Counted from the first letter of the stretch, positions 11,467 to 24,197 are shown. The stretch is DNA of 51,501 nucleotides from Octopus sinensis (GCF_006345805.1 NW_021834350.1:1-51501), one strand, 5' to 3'. The notes: generated by a model from the sequence alone, not told the origin. Numbers and translations are program-made.

Positions 11467-13297
11467 TTATTGTTTGCGGAAGACATATCCGGGTGTGGGT
11501 GGTTTGTCCGGGACTGTTTGAAGGAATTTGTCCAAAGACTTCTTGAATTTTGTGTGGTCAGTTTCTGTTTTGACGCGTCCTGGTGTAATGTTGAAGAGAG
11601 CGGGTCCAATTGAGGTGAAATAATTGTGCCGTATTGTTGTTATGAGATGCGATTTAGATTTTTGTTGTGGACGGATGGCACGGGGTCCAAGTCTTGGATG
11701 TATTTTGAAGGTGATACCAATATCATTTGGACAGTGCTGATGGAATATTTTCCACATCATACAGATAATGTAGCGTTCACGGCGTCGTTGGAGTGAATAC
11801 AGTTTCAGCTTTTCCAGTCGACCCCAGTAGTCGAGGCCTGACATGCCATCTATCTTTTTCGTGATTGACCTTTGGGGAGCTTCAACTTTCATAATATTCC
11901 GTTTCGTTTAGGGAGACCACAGTGGGCAGCAGTATTCAAGGTGAGGTCGGGCAAAAGTGGAGAATAGAAGGATAATGGTGTAGGAATCTCTCGACTGGAA
12001 GGTTCTGAGAATCCAGGAACACATTCTGCGGGCCATGTCAACTTTGCTGCTTATATGTGTAGCCCAGCATATGTTGTTGTCCACAGTTACTCCCAAGCTC
12101 TGATGTTGTTAGACGCCATGGGAGTTTCACCAGAAGGAAGGGAGTATGAGAGTTTCAGAGCGTCCTCCCTTCCAAAGTGGATCAATTCGAATTTGTCTTC
12201 GTTTAGCAACATGTTGTTCTTTTCCGCCCATTGGACAACATCCAGTAGGTCTGACTGAAGGTTTATCCGGTCATCCACGCCATTGATGACCTTCTGGAGC
12301 TTGGAATCATCAGCGAAGATTCTGATGTTACTGTGTTTGATGATGTCAGTGATGTCATTAATGTAGATGATGAAGAGAAGTGGGCCCAACACAGTGCCTT
12401 GTGGGACACCACTACTGACTTTGGCTGAACTGGATTTGACTCCTTCGACTACAACATGTTGGGTTCTGTTAAACAGGAAGCACTTGATCCACTGCAGCAG
12501 CTTTCCAGTGACACCAATATTGGACAGCTTTCTCAAAAGGATTTTATGGTCAACCCTGTCAAAGGCCTTGCTGAAATCAAGGTAGATAACATCAGTGTTG
12601 GAACCCTCTCCCAAGGCTCTCAAAATGTCATCGAAGTGATGCAGTAGCTGCGTCAGGCAATCCCTTCCATTACGGAATCCATGCTGGCTGGAGTTCAGCA
12701 TATTATGACTCTCAAGGAAGTGAGTCATACGCGATCTCACCACTCTCTCAAATACCTTAATGATATGAGAGGTGAGTGAGATTGGACGGTAATTCACGGT
12801 AAGGGATTTGTTTCCTTTTTGAAAACTGGGACAACAGACTGGGATAGAAGGTTTTCTGGTATATATCCAGCATCCAGTGAGTTCCGCCACAGATTGGCTA
12901 GATGGGGTGCAAGTTGGTGTTGACACATCTTCAAGACACAAGCAGGGAACCTATCGGGACCTACAGCTGAATTATGCTTTATCTCCTTTATTGCTGCTAA
13001 GAGATCAGGAGCGCCAAAGGTTATGTCCGATAAAGTGTATTGGTGAGTAACATCAGTGATACAGCCCAGATCAGCCATATCAGGATTGCTGAAAACAGAG
13101 CAGTATTGTTTCTGCAACATCTCTCCCATGGTTTTGGCATTGTCTTGAAGAGTACCATTTTCATCAATCAGAGGGCCAACAGTAGAGCCAGTAACTTTGT
13201 GTTTTTTTGCACATGAGAAGAACACTTTGGGATTAAGTTTGATCTTCTCAATGGCCCAGGCCTCTTCAGCTCTTCTCTGACTATTGATGATAAACAT
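11467..13297 (-). pseudogene. Frameshifted reverse transcriptase and C-terminus of the CR1/L2 LINE
   Basis: Motifs GPDRFP, YRPISLTS, QHGFR, YLDFSKAFDRVDH, GVPQGTVLGPLLF, FADDSK, RPHLEYC..LWSP and LYSLQRRRERY across four ORFs. Confidence 0.93.
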
Positions 13298-13470
13298 TAT
13301 GTTGTTTTGGAGGTTATGTTTTTTAATCTCTAGTGACGTGATGGCAGTCAGGTTGGTGTGTTGCTGTTGACAGTATTTCAGCTTGTTGATTTTTTTGTTA
13401 ATTTCCTTAATTTTCCTGATGAGAGTTTTTCTATTTCTAGGGATTCTGCACTTAGATTTGTTTGCAGATC

Positions 13471-14300
13471 TTAATGGGGTGTGTTTTGCACGATGTTAGT
13501 GGGTGTGTATGTGTGCGTGAAGGACCAATCGACTTGTGCAAGATCATTACTGATCGCTTCCCAGTTTGCGTTGTGGAAATCCATAGTGTCAAATGGATGG
13601 ACAAGAGGGATGACGTTTGTTTTGCATTTTGGCCGGTGAAATCTCAGATCACAGAGAACCATGTCATGATCAGAGAGTAGAGTTTTTCTCCACTGCAATA
13701 TTGTGGATAGTGTCAGTGAGATTGCTGAAAATTAAGTCTAGGACGTTTTTGTGACATCTCGTTGGTTCGAGCACCAGTTGGGACAGGAAGAAATCATCCA
13801 TGAAATCATGAAGCGATTCCACTGCCTCCCTGTCAGGGGTTGAAACAGAAGAACCTGGCGGCAGACTGTTTGTAGACCAGTCAACTCCAGGGAGATTGAA
13901 GTCCCCCGTCATTAAGATGTTGTCAGATTGATATTGCTGAATGAAACACTTTATGTTATTGGGCTCTACAGACCACCCCAACTACTGTTAAGTTGTTGGT
14001 TTGACTGAATACAGTGACTGCTTCGCAGTATCCATTGGAAAATATGTTCACAGCCTCAGTTGAGAAAGAATCATGAACATAAATGGCAGTCCCACCCTTT
14101 CTTCTGCCAGCACGATTAGCACGAATGGCTTTGAAATTTTTAACTTTTACCTCGGCTTCCAAGTGGAGGTTACTAAGATGAGTTTCAGTGAGGACGAAGA
14201 AAGAGATGTGGTTTGGATGGGCATCGACCCAGTCCTCCAGGAATTTTATCTTCCATTTTTGTGTATTGGTGGAAGGGCTGATGCCTTGGGCATTAAGCAA
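13471..14300 (-). pseudogene. Frameshifted APE-type endonuclease domain of the CR1/L2 LINE
   Basis: Motifs LNAQG, LTETHL, GGTAIYV, GDFNLP, LDLIFSN and SDHDMV spread over three ORFs. Confidence 0.9.
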
Positions 14301-14621
14301 AAATTTGAGGCGAGAGTGGATGGTTTTAATTGTTTGGGTTTTGTTATTTAATTGCTTTTATGGCTTGGTGTTATGCAGTGGGGTGATAGTGGTGGATGGT
14401 GGCGGGGGGTGATAGCTCGGATGTCTTTTCCAGTTCTTTTGCTAGATTCATTATAGCTTAAAAAGAGGAAGAAGTTTCCTGTCTAGGGAACTGTAGGTGA
14501 CTGTGGTTGGGTAATTTTATATGAGTGGTTATTTCTATATGAGTCGTGGTTATTTCTATATATATATATATGTATGTATATATATATACACACACACACA
14601 CAATATATATATATATATATG

Positions 14622-14676
<55 letters not shown>

Positions 14677-14928
14677 TGATATAAATATATAATTATATAT
14701 GAGTTGGGGGAGAGAGAAGAGAGAGAGAGATACAGGGAGAGAGAAACAAAGAAAGAGAGAACACATGCACAATACACACACATACACACGACAATCTTAG
14801 TCTTCGGGATTTCAGACTTTCTAACTCTCTGTTTTATCTCTTTTATTCTCTGTTTCAACTCTACTCTCTCTCTCTTCATGATATCACCCTGGCTGTCATA
14901 TCGAATCACCAATATCTGTCTATCTAAA

Positions 14929-15513
14929 GGCGGCGAGCTGGCAGAAACGTTAGCACGCCGGGCGAAATGCGTCGCCGTATTTCGTCTGTCGTTACGTTGT
15001 GAGTTCAAATTCCGCCGAGGTCGACTTTGCCTTTCATCCTTTCGGGGTCGGTAAATTAAGTACCAGTTACGGACTGGGGTCGATGTAATCGACTTAATAC
15101 CTATTTCTGTCCTTGTTTGTCCCCTCCTTGTTTAGCCCGTTGTGGGTAATAAAGAAATAGGTATTTCGTCTGCCGTTACGTTCTGAGTTCAAATTCTCCC
15201 GAGGTCGACTTTGCCTTTCATCCTTTCGGGGTCGATAAATTAAGTACCAGTAACGCACTGGGGTCTATATAATCGACTTAATCCTTTTGTCTGTCCTTGT
15301 TTGTCCTCTCTGTGTTTAGCCCCTTGTGGGTAGTAAAGAAATAGGTATTTTGTCTGTCATTATGTTCTGAGTTCAAATTCCGCCGAGGTCGACTTTGCTT
15401 TTCATCCTTTAGGGATCTATAATTTAAGTACTAGTTGCTTACTGGGGTCGATATAATCGACTGGCCCCCTCCCCCAAAATTTCGGGCCTTGTGCCTAGAG
15501 TAGAAAAGAATAT
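14929..15513 (+). mobile_element. SINE family A tandem trimer (one full unit, two head-less units)
   Basis: tRNA-like head ggcggcgagctggcagaa, box B gagttcaaattcc, core gcctttcatcctttcggggtcgataaa. Units 14929-15160, 15161-15344 and 15345-15513. The core resembles conserved central domains of mollusc SINE superfamilies (from recall, not verified). Confidence 0.9.
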
Positions 15514-15514
15514 C

Positions 15515-15885
<371 letters not shown>

Positions 15886-16229
15886 AGAGAATGAGAATGA
15901 GAACAGAGAGAAAGAAATAGATAGAGGGGAAAGAAACTTGAAGACTGAATGAAATTGTCGATAGGGATGGAATTAAAGAAAAAGTAGTGGAGAGTAATGT
16001 AGAAATATTAACACAAGACAGAGAGATAGGGACTGAGTGAAAGGAAGAGAGAAAGAGAAAGGGTAGTGAAGGAATAGAAGGAAATGTGGAGGAGGAGGGG
16101 AGGGGAAGAAGAAGAAGAAGAAGAAGAAAAAGAGGGAGAAGAAGAGGAAGGAGAAGAGTAACATGAACATGCTGTAGTAGTGTTGGAACGAGTGATGAAA
16201 AGAAAATTGGAAATTTGTAGTTGATAGTA

Positions 16230-16363
16230 TCTGTGTGTGTCTGTTCGTGTGTGTGTGTGTGTGTGCGTGCGTGTGCGTGCGTGTGTGTGTGTTTGTGTGT
16301 GTGCGCGAGAGTATATATATATATATTATATATATACATACATGTATATATATGTATGTATTA

Positions 16364-16395
<32 letters not shown>

Positions 16396-16581
16396 ATATA
16401 TGTAAATATATTTGTGTGTATATATATTTATGTACATGTATATATATATATATTTATGTTACGTATAAATAAATATAGCAGGTATAAATGAATATTTTAC
16501 ATCTATCTATCTATCTTTCTGCCTGTCTGTCTATCCATCTGTTTGTCAGACATCTTTTACTTCTGTTCACTATCCCTCACC

Positions 16582-16631
<50 letters not shown>

Positions 16632-16900
16632 TATAAGTGTGGTGTGTGTGTGTATATTTGTGTGTATTTGTGTGTGTGTGCGTGTATGTATGTATATATA
16701 ATATATATATATATATGTGTATGTATGTGTGTGTATATATATATATTTGTGTGTGTGCGTGTATGTGTATGTATATATATATATATATACACATATATAT
16801 ATACATATATGAATATGTACGCTTATACATATATGAATATGTTTGTGTAAATATGAATGCATATATGTATATGTATACATACATTATATATGCAAATACA
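16230..16900. repeat. (GT)n/(TA)n compound microsatellite field
   Basis: Seen directly. Confidence 0.95.
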
Positions 16901-17177
16901 CACGTCAGGTTATCGTTGTATATTTGCATCATTGGGAATCAGTATGCGTGTGTGTGTGTATATGTTTGTGTGTATGCACCAGTTTTTCAATTTCTTCTCT
17001 ATTTCCTTTATATTTCTAAATAAATTAGCTTTAGTAATGTAAAAAAAAAAATAAACCAAATAAAACAAAATAAATATAAGAAAATCACCAACATATTTTC
17101 GTTTTTTGTTGCTACACATATAACACCAATTCTCAAGGTAAACGAGCTACAAAACGGAACCCTCGGAGAACTCGTAT

Positions 17178-17267
17178 CAGTAGTAGTAGTAGTAGTGAAG
17201 GAGGTGGTGGTAGTAGTAGTTGCAGTAGTAACGACAAGATCAAAAGTACCAGTAGTAGTAGTAGTAA

Positions 17268-17307
<40 letters not shown>

Positions 17308-17350
17308 GGTGGTAGTAGTAGTAGTATTAGTAGTAGTGGTAGTAGTAGTA
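17178..17350. repeat. (GTA)n/(GTG)n trinucleotide tract
   Basis: Seen directly. Confidence 0.95.
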
Positions 17351-17682
17351 GTTCTTGTAGTAGCATCAGCAGCAGTAGGACCAATAAGTGATGTCCATTT
17401 TAAGATGACGATTTCCATTTGTTTTGGACCGGAGGGTGTAATTATCGGGACGTATCGAGTAAGGAGAGGGCATGCATGTGTATGTGGGTTGTGCGTGTGT
17501 AAGTGTGTATGTGTATGTGTGTATGTGCATAGATGTATGCATATATACATACATATACTATATATATAGGTGTGTGTGTGTGTGGTGTATATATATGTAT
17601 AATATTTCAAAAGTTAGACAGAGAAAGAAAAAACAGACGGAACTGAGCAAAAGCACACACACACACACATATATGTATATAT

Positions 17683-17716
<34 letters not shown>

Positions 17717-17914
17717 ATATATATACAGACATACGCATGTACATGCACACGGATATACATACGTGTGTGTTTGAATATGCGTTATACACACATAATTTTG
17801 TATGTGTGTGTGTGTATAAGGAGAAATGTAGAAAGATAGAATCAATGAAGGTGATGTGGGTGAATAAATGGCACGAAAGAGAGAGGGAGAGAGAGAGAGA
17901 GAGAGAAAGGAGAA

Positions 17915-17949
<35 letters not shown>

Positions 17950-18194
17950 GAGCGCAAAGAAAAATTGGTAATGAGGAAGAGAGGGAGAGACTGGTAGAGA
18001 AATACACACACACACACACACACGCATGTACACAGACGAAAAAAGAAAAAAAAATGGGAGCTAATTTTTGCAATATTAATGAGGAGTAGTGAGAGAAAAA
18101 AAAGGAGTGGGTTTTATAGTAATATAACTTAAGGATTAAGGGGTTTCACACAATTAACATATAACTTTGAAAGTCGTTTGCTTCTTAACATCTC

Positions 18195-18208
18195 GATTAT
18201 TATTATTA

Positions 18209-18272
<64 letters not shown>

Positions 18273-18275
18273 TTC

Positions 18276-18306
<31 letters not shown>

Positions 18307-18307
18307 T

Positions 18308-18344
<37 letters not shown>

Positions 18345-18515
18345 CTTCATCATCATTATTATTATTATTATTTTATTATTATTATTATTATTGTTATTAT
18401 TATTATTATTACTTCTATTATTATTATTATTATCTTCATCATTATTATTATTATTATTATTATTATTTTATTATTATTATTATTCCTTCTATTATTATTA
18501 TTTTTTTTTTTATTA

Positions 18516-18562
<47 letters not shown>

Positions 18563-18620
18563 CTTCTTTCTTCTTCTTATTATTATTATTATCATTATTA
18601 TTTTATTATTATTATTATTA

Positions 18621-18690
<70 letters not shown>

Positions 18691-18730
18691 GATTATTATG
18701 ATTATTATTATTATCTTCATTATTATTATT
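18195..18730. repeat. Long interrupted (ATT)n tract
   Basis: Seen directly; about 540 bp with atc/ctt interruptions. Confidence 0.97.
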
Positions 18731-19280
18731 CGTTCTCTGCAAAAGTGTTTCTGTCATGAATGATTATTTCCTGTGAACAGGATGTCAAGTTAACTGGAAG
18801 CTCTGCCATTTGTTGGAATTTTGGGGCGATCGATAATAAGGTGTATTATTGGACTTCGCTTACACAGCGTTTGTAATCTGTTCTGTTGTTTGCTGTTGTT
18901 GCTGTTGTTGTTGTTGTTGTTGTTGCTGTTTAGCTTCTTCCCTGCTCAAGTTGTTTTCTGATTGGACAACCCGACGATTAAACATATTCAGGCTATGACC
19001 ATCCTGATCTTTATTTTTTTTTGCATTTTATTTATTTATTTATTTATTTATCATTTATTATTATTATTATTATTGTTGTTGTTGTTTTTGTTGTTTCAGG
19101 CAAATTGTACCTTGGCTAAAACTATTTAATTTGTTCATTCTATTTTTTAAGGAAGTTGGGTCTAAGTAATTTGAGGGAGATTTCACTGCTGGTTCTAGCA
19201 GATCGGATGATTGCATCTAGAGGCTTCCCCGTTGGATCGTCTCTTGCATATGGTCGAATATAGCAAGATGGATGCCCGAG

Positions 19281-19616
19281 ACGGCGAGCTGGCAGAAACG
19301 TCTGCCGTTACGTTCTGAGTTCAAATTCCGCCGAGGTCGACTTTGCCTTTCATCCTTTCGGGGTCGATAAATTTAGTACCAGTTACGCACTGGGGTCGAT
19401 GTAATCGACTTAATCCATTTGTCTCTCCTTGTTTGTCTCCTCTGTGTTTAGCCCCTTGTGGGTAGTAAAGAAATAGATATTTCGTCTGCCGTTACGTTCT
19501 GAGTTCAAATTTCATCCTTTCGGGGTCGATAAATTAAGTACCAATTACGCACTGGAGTCGATGTAATCGACTTAATCCGTTTGTCTGTCCTTGTTTGTCC
19601 CCTCTATGTAAGAAAT
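19281..19616 (+). mobile_element. SINE family A dimer with 16-bp target-site duplication
   Basis: TSD aagatggatgcccgag at 19265-19280 and 19617-19632; internal junction at 19476/19477. Confidence 0.9.
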
Positions 19617-19741
19617 AAGATGGATGCCCGAGTGGTTACGGTTCTAAATTGTTGTATTCTGTAGAATCAAAGTTTCTGCTTTTGTATTTCACGGTGGAAT
19701 TGAGGACCTAAGACGGCAAAATACAATACAGAAAAGGACAG

Positions 19742-19960
19742 CGAGCTAGAAGAATCGTTAACACGCCGGTCAAAATGCTTTGCAGTATTTCGTCCGTCGT
19801 TACCATCTGAGTTCAAATTCCGCCGAGGTCGACTTTGTCTTTAATCCTTTCGGGATCTAAAATAAGTAAATAATTATCAACTGAGCACCGGGATTGATGT
19901 AATCGAATTACTCACACCCCTGAATTTGCTGGCCTTGTGCCATATTTTGAAACCTGAGGA
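19742..19960 (+). mobile_element. Degenerate SINE family A copy with the alternative tail
   Basis: gagttcaaattccgccgaggtcgactttg core and ggccttgtgcc tail as in 15460-15513. Confidence 0.7.
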
Positions 19961-20204
19961 GGACAGAGATAACTTTCAAGTTCAATGAAATCGGGCAAAT
20001 TTGAAAAAAAGAAAAAAAGAAAAAGAAAAAAATTGACAGAATTTTATGTTTATTACTTAATCGTGATACCAAACCAAAATAGATTTATACATCTTGCATC
20101 GAAGCTTTACTGAAAATTTTCAACATGTACTCCGTCTGGTCTATATTTAAGCGATGGAGAATTATTTACATTATTTACATTTGACGGGCACATGGCGTAG
20201 TGGT

Positions 20205-20250
20205 TAAGAGCTGCTAACCCCAAGATTCCGAGTTCGATTCCAGGCAGTGA

Positions 20251-20254
<4 letters not shown>
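20205..20254 (+). mobile_element. Minimal tRNA-derived SINE (family E), copy 2
   Basis: tggcgtagtggttaagag box A, gttcgattcc box B, then gacctga plus a long (AAT)n tract running to about 20535. The homologous head begins slightly upstream, near 20186. Confidence 0.75.
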
Positions 20255-20316
<62 letters not shown>

Positions 20317-20353
20317 TAATAATAATAATAATATGATGATGATGATAATAATG

Positions 20354-20389
<36 letters not shown>

Positions 20390-20453
20390 TAATAATATAA
20401 TAATAATAATGATAATAATAATAATAATAATAATGATGATGATGATAATAATG

Positions 20454-20489
<36 letters not shown>

Positions 20490-20540
20490 TAATAATATAC
20501 AAAATATACACAATAATATGCAATAATAATAATAATATAC

Positions 20541-20737
20541 AAAAGATCAGACAAAAAAGGTGTGTTTATTAATTGACATGAGTATTCCTTGCGATCACAA
20601 CATAGCGGCGAAAGAATTTGACAAGATCTGTAAATATAAAGACTTGCTAATAGAAACTGAAAAAAATGTGGCACCTCAAGGCGACTACATTACCAGTGAT
20701 TGTAGGATCTCTAGGATAAAAAAAAAAGGTACTGAAA
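20541..20737 (+). pseudogene. R4/Dong-type LINE restriction-like endonuclease fragment
   Basis: KDQTKKVCLLIDMSIPCDHNIAAKEFDKICKYKDLLIETEK, then after a frameshift MWHLKATTLPVIVGSLG; fits the ID...P.D....KE.EK..KY..L RLE motif; follows (AAT)n. Confidence 0.8.
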
Positions 20738-20739
20738 CC

Positions 20740-20970
20740 TATTTCTTTATTAGCCACAAGGGGCTAAACACAGAGGGGACAAACAAGGACAGACATAGGT
20801 ATTAAGTCGATTACATCGACCCCAGTGCGTAACTGGTACTTAATTTATCGACCCCGAAGGGATGAAAGGCAAAGTCGACCTCGGCGGAATTTGAACTCAC
20901 AACGTAACGCAGACGAAATACTGCTAAGCATTTCGTTCGGTGTGCTAACGTTTCTGCCAGCTCGCCGCCT
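20740..20970 (-). mobile_element. SINE family A full copy
   Basis: Reverse complement of the family A consensus, including the tail; head fragment duplicated at about 21005-21026. Confidence 0.9.
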
Positions 20971-21307
20971 CGGGCATCCATCTGCTATATTCGACCATAT
21001 GTTAATGTTTCTGCCAGCTCGCCGCCTTTTTGAAAATGATACCAGGCCTACCATCCCTACAGGAAGTGCAAAAAATCGTGTTAACAAAAACGACTCATGT
21101 ACTGAGAAGAGCATTATCGCTGTGAAAACAACATCCATTCATGAATTTATTTATTTAATAAAATTTTTAAATACATATTTTAACCTGTGAATTTGCGTGT
21201 GTAATCTGGGAATGCAAACAATGAGCATCTTTGCCCTAGGTGTACGGAAAACACTCTGCGAGAAACAGAAGAAAATTTGAAGAAAGAAGGAAAAAAAAAA
21301 AATAACA

Positions 21308-21445
21308 ATCTCGAAAAATACCTTAGGAATGAGAACCCAGGTTCGAAATGTCCCCAAGATGGAGGCTGGAGGGTATATCAGCTGAAACGTTGTGTTAACA
21401 ACGAACAAGATGAGGACAAATATCCGTCAAATGTAAATAATGTAC
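21308..21445 (+). mobile_element. Penelope-like terminal repeat relic
   Basis: ggctggagggtatatcagctgaaacgttgtgtt (hammerhead stem II-GAAA-ACGT half, 5' core missing) and aatgtaaataatgta tail. Confidence 0.55.
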
Positions 21446-21883
21446 TTCGTCTGTATCCCGGTAAATTTCAAATCTATCCTTAATGTTGCGAAATACATTC
21501 TGAAGCATTTCAGTAATTATCTCCCGCACTGCTAACTGAATGCATTCTTTAAATTCAGCTAAACTATTCCTCCATTCTGGGGATGAAGGTAGAGAAAATG
21601 ATTGCAGCCAAATTGAAAAAAAAAAAAGAAAGAAAAAAGAAAAGAAAAGCTGCCAAGGACAGATAAGCGAGATCCAACAGAGATGAAATTAAAACTATAA
21701 AAAAATTATAAAAATGATCAAATTTTAAACAAAATAAAAAATTTGTACACTTTTAATACATATTAAATACGATTAACATAAATAAAAGTGATTTTTATTC
21801 TGGAGACCCTATACAAGAGAGAAATTCTCCTGATTTTTATTTCTTATGTTATTTTATAGAAAATAATAATAATAATAATAATA

Positions 21884-21932
<49 letters not shown>

Positions 21933-22534
21933 GATCTTAACTGATTGGAATTCTGATCTTATCTGATTGGAATTCTGATCTTAACTGATTGGAATTCTGA
22001 TCTTAACTGATTGGAATTCTGATCTTAACTGATTGGAAGTGTTATCATGTACATTGTTTTGTCTTGGTATAAAAGATGGGCTACAGCAAATATTCTGCTC
22101 AATACCACAGATTTGCTTGTCAGTTGTTTGACCTTAACCAGTTGAGCATGTCCCTTAGTGGCTGACGATATGTGCATCTCTGATCATGAGCAGAAGTAGT
22201 GGGGGAGCATCATAGCCATGTGTTGAGAGGGATTCTTTGGGGTTTGAATAGTTCACCTCTGGAAACATGGGTGGTTCTTTCAACATCCTTAAACAACCCT
22301 TATTCAGGGACCGTTTGAGCGGATTGGCTACTCAACCTGAAGAAAATTCTAACTGGGCCCCACCTGCAAGGTCATGTGCTGTTTATCTTGATATGAGATC
22401 ACCATGTCGCGCACATATGGTTGTGATGCATGTGCCTGGTGTACCTTTATCAGACGGGTAGTCATGATGGGTATATTGGGCTTCGTATATTTTACCCCAG
22501 TGTCACTTTGATGGCATGAACTGCTCTCTCACTC
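21933..22534 (+). mobile_element. Unclassified ~555-bp element, copy 4 (5'-truncated, 22-bp tandem at 5' end)
   Basis: Four units of gatcttaactgattggaattct (one with a mismatch) at 21933-22020, then the normal body; AAT flanks. Confidence 0.9.
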
Positions 22535-23959
22535 AATAATAATAATAATAATAATATGCAGCATCAAGTTAAAATCTGTACTTTCGAGTTTCTGCAGTTT
22601 TCTTGTGAATGTGCAGATGTGAGTAAGAAATTTCATTTATTCAATTCTTGATCTGTAAAACAAAATTTGACTAGAAGAAGAAAAAAAAAGAAGAGAAAGA
22701 TAATTAATATGCCGCTTGCGCTATATGTAATGAATACGGAATTCAGGTGAGTGCAGAGGTGAACCCAAACATGTGGTCGGATGGGTTTCTGAATGGGCAT
22801 CCAAGTTCTAAAGATGCCTCGGACCACAAGCCTCGGACCAGAAACCTACTGTCGAAGTGTACCCCACTGAGGGAGTGCCAAAGCAGTTACTTAGGCCGGT
22901 AATAGAGGACAGGGAAAAAGATTCAATTGTTGGAGGTATGGGAGTAAAAGATGCGTGAAAGATAAAGAAACACACACACACACACAAAAGGAAGCCAGGA
23001 AAAGCTGCAGAGATGACAACAGTAATAACAACAGCAATTCCCACCGCTAAGATAACGACTAAAGAAGCTGTTACCGTTATTTCTAGAGCAGCGCTGGTCC
23101 CACGCAGAACTGTGAATAGCCGGTGCGGAATAGCTCTTGGTTTGTGTAAGTATACTCGTAACATAGTGATTCGGCAAAAGTGACTTAAAAACAAGTTCTG
23201 GTGTTCTTTTACAAGGTAGTGCCACAACATGGCCGCAGTCCAATGATTGAAACAAATGAAAGATGGAAATATTCTAATAAAAATTTTGGAAAAACATCAA
23301 GCAACCACGTACGGATTCTTCCATCGGTTCCGTTTCGTGGTGGTTGAATTTCTGCACCGCCAGTGTATTTACAAGTATGTGTTTACATATCATGGTTATT
23401 ATCTACCCACTCGTTTAAGTATTAGTTCTACATCCCCAACGGAGTACATTATTTAAACATAAGATAACATATCATTTAGATACTATTTATAAAGAAACAT
23501 TCTTAATTAGTTTTTAAATTCTTTCCCCTCATTCTTGTTCTTCCACGATTATTATTATCATTTGGTTGTTTTATATTTATAGCGTGCATTCACTGCACTA
23601 CCGAATGCAGATCTGTGTGCCTTGGCCACGCGCAGTGTTTTGCTGTTTTAAAAATTTGACTGCATTAAAAGTACTTTACATAACACATAGTGTTCGGGTT
23701 AACTTTGACAGTTTGCATAAAAAGAAGAGATATTATAATATCCCACCCAAAAATAAAAGTATTCTAAAAAAATCAAAAAAATATCAACTAGATTATTATG
23801 GCTGGGAAATAAAATTCTACACGAAGTAACCGTCATCGGTTCCCACCGTAGCCTGAAGACAGATCCAGAACCTGAGTACTTCACTGTGTTCTTGGGAACA
23901 TCTTCAAACACATCCTTGATCTTGGCCATCGCTTCGGCTTTGGCATGGTAGGTAGAACA

Positions 23960-24197
23960 GTCAGTATGTGTATGTGTGTGTGTGTGTGTTTGTCGTCCCC
24001 TCTCCATTTCTTGACAACCGAAGTTGGTGTGTTGCCGTCCTCGTAACTTCGCGGTTCGGCAAAAGAGACTGACAGAATATGTACTATATGTACTACGCTT
24101 ACAAAGAATAAGCCCTGGGGTCAATTTGTTCGACTAAAGGCGGTGACCCAGCTTGGCCGCAGTCAGATGATTGAGACAAGTAAAAGAATAAAAGAAT
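23960..24197 (+). mobile_element. 3' half of SINE family B
   Basis: cttgacaaccga...ggttcggcaaaagagac...ctaaaggcggtg...acaagtaaaaga. Confidence 0.75.

Larger units (their letters stand above)
11356..14540 (-). mobile_element. Decayed CR1/L2-group (Jockey superfamily) LINE
   Basis: Colinear APE endonuclease and RT fragments on the minus strand, a 3' UTR ending in (TA)n, and TA repeats on both flanks. Confidence 0.92.
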
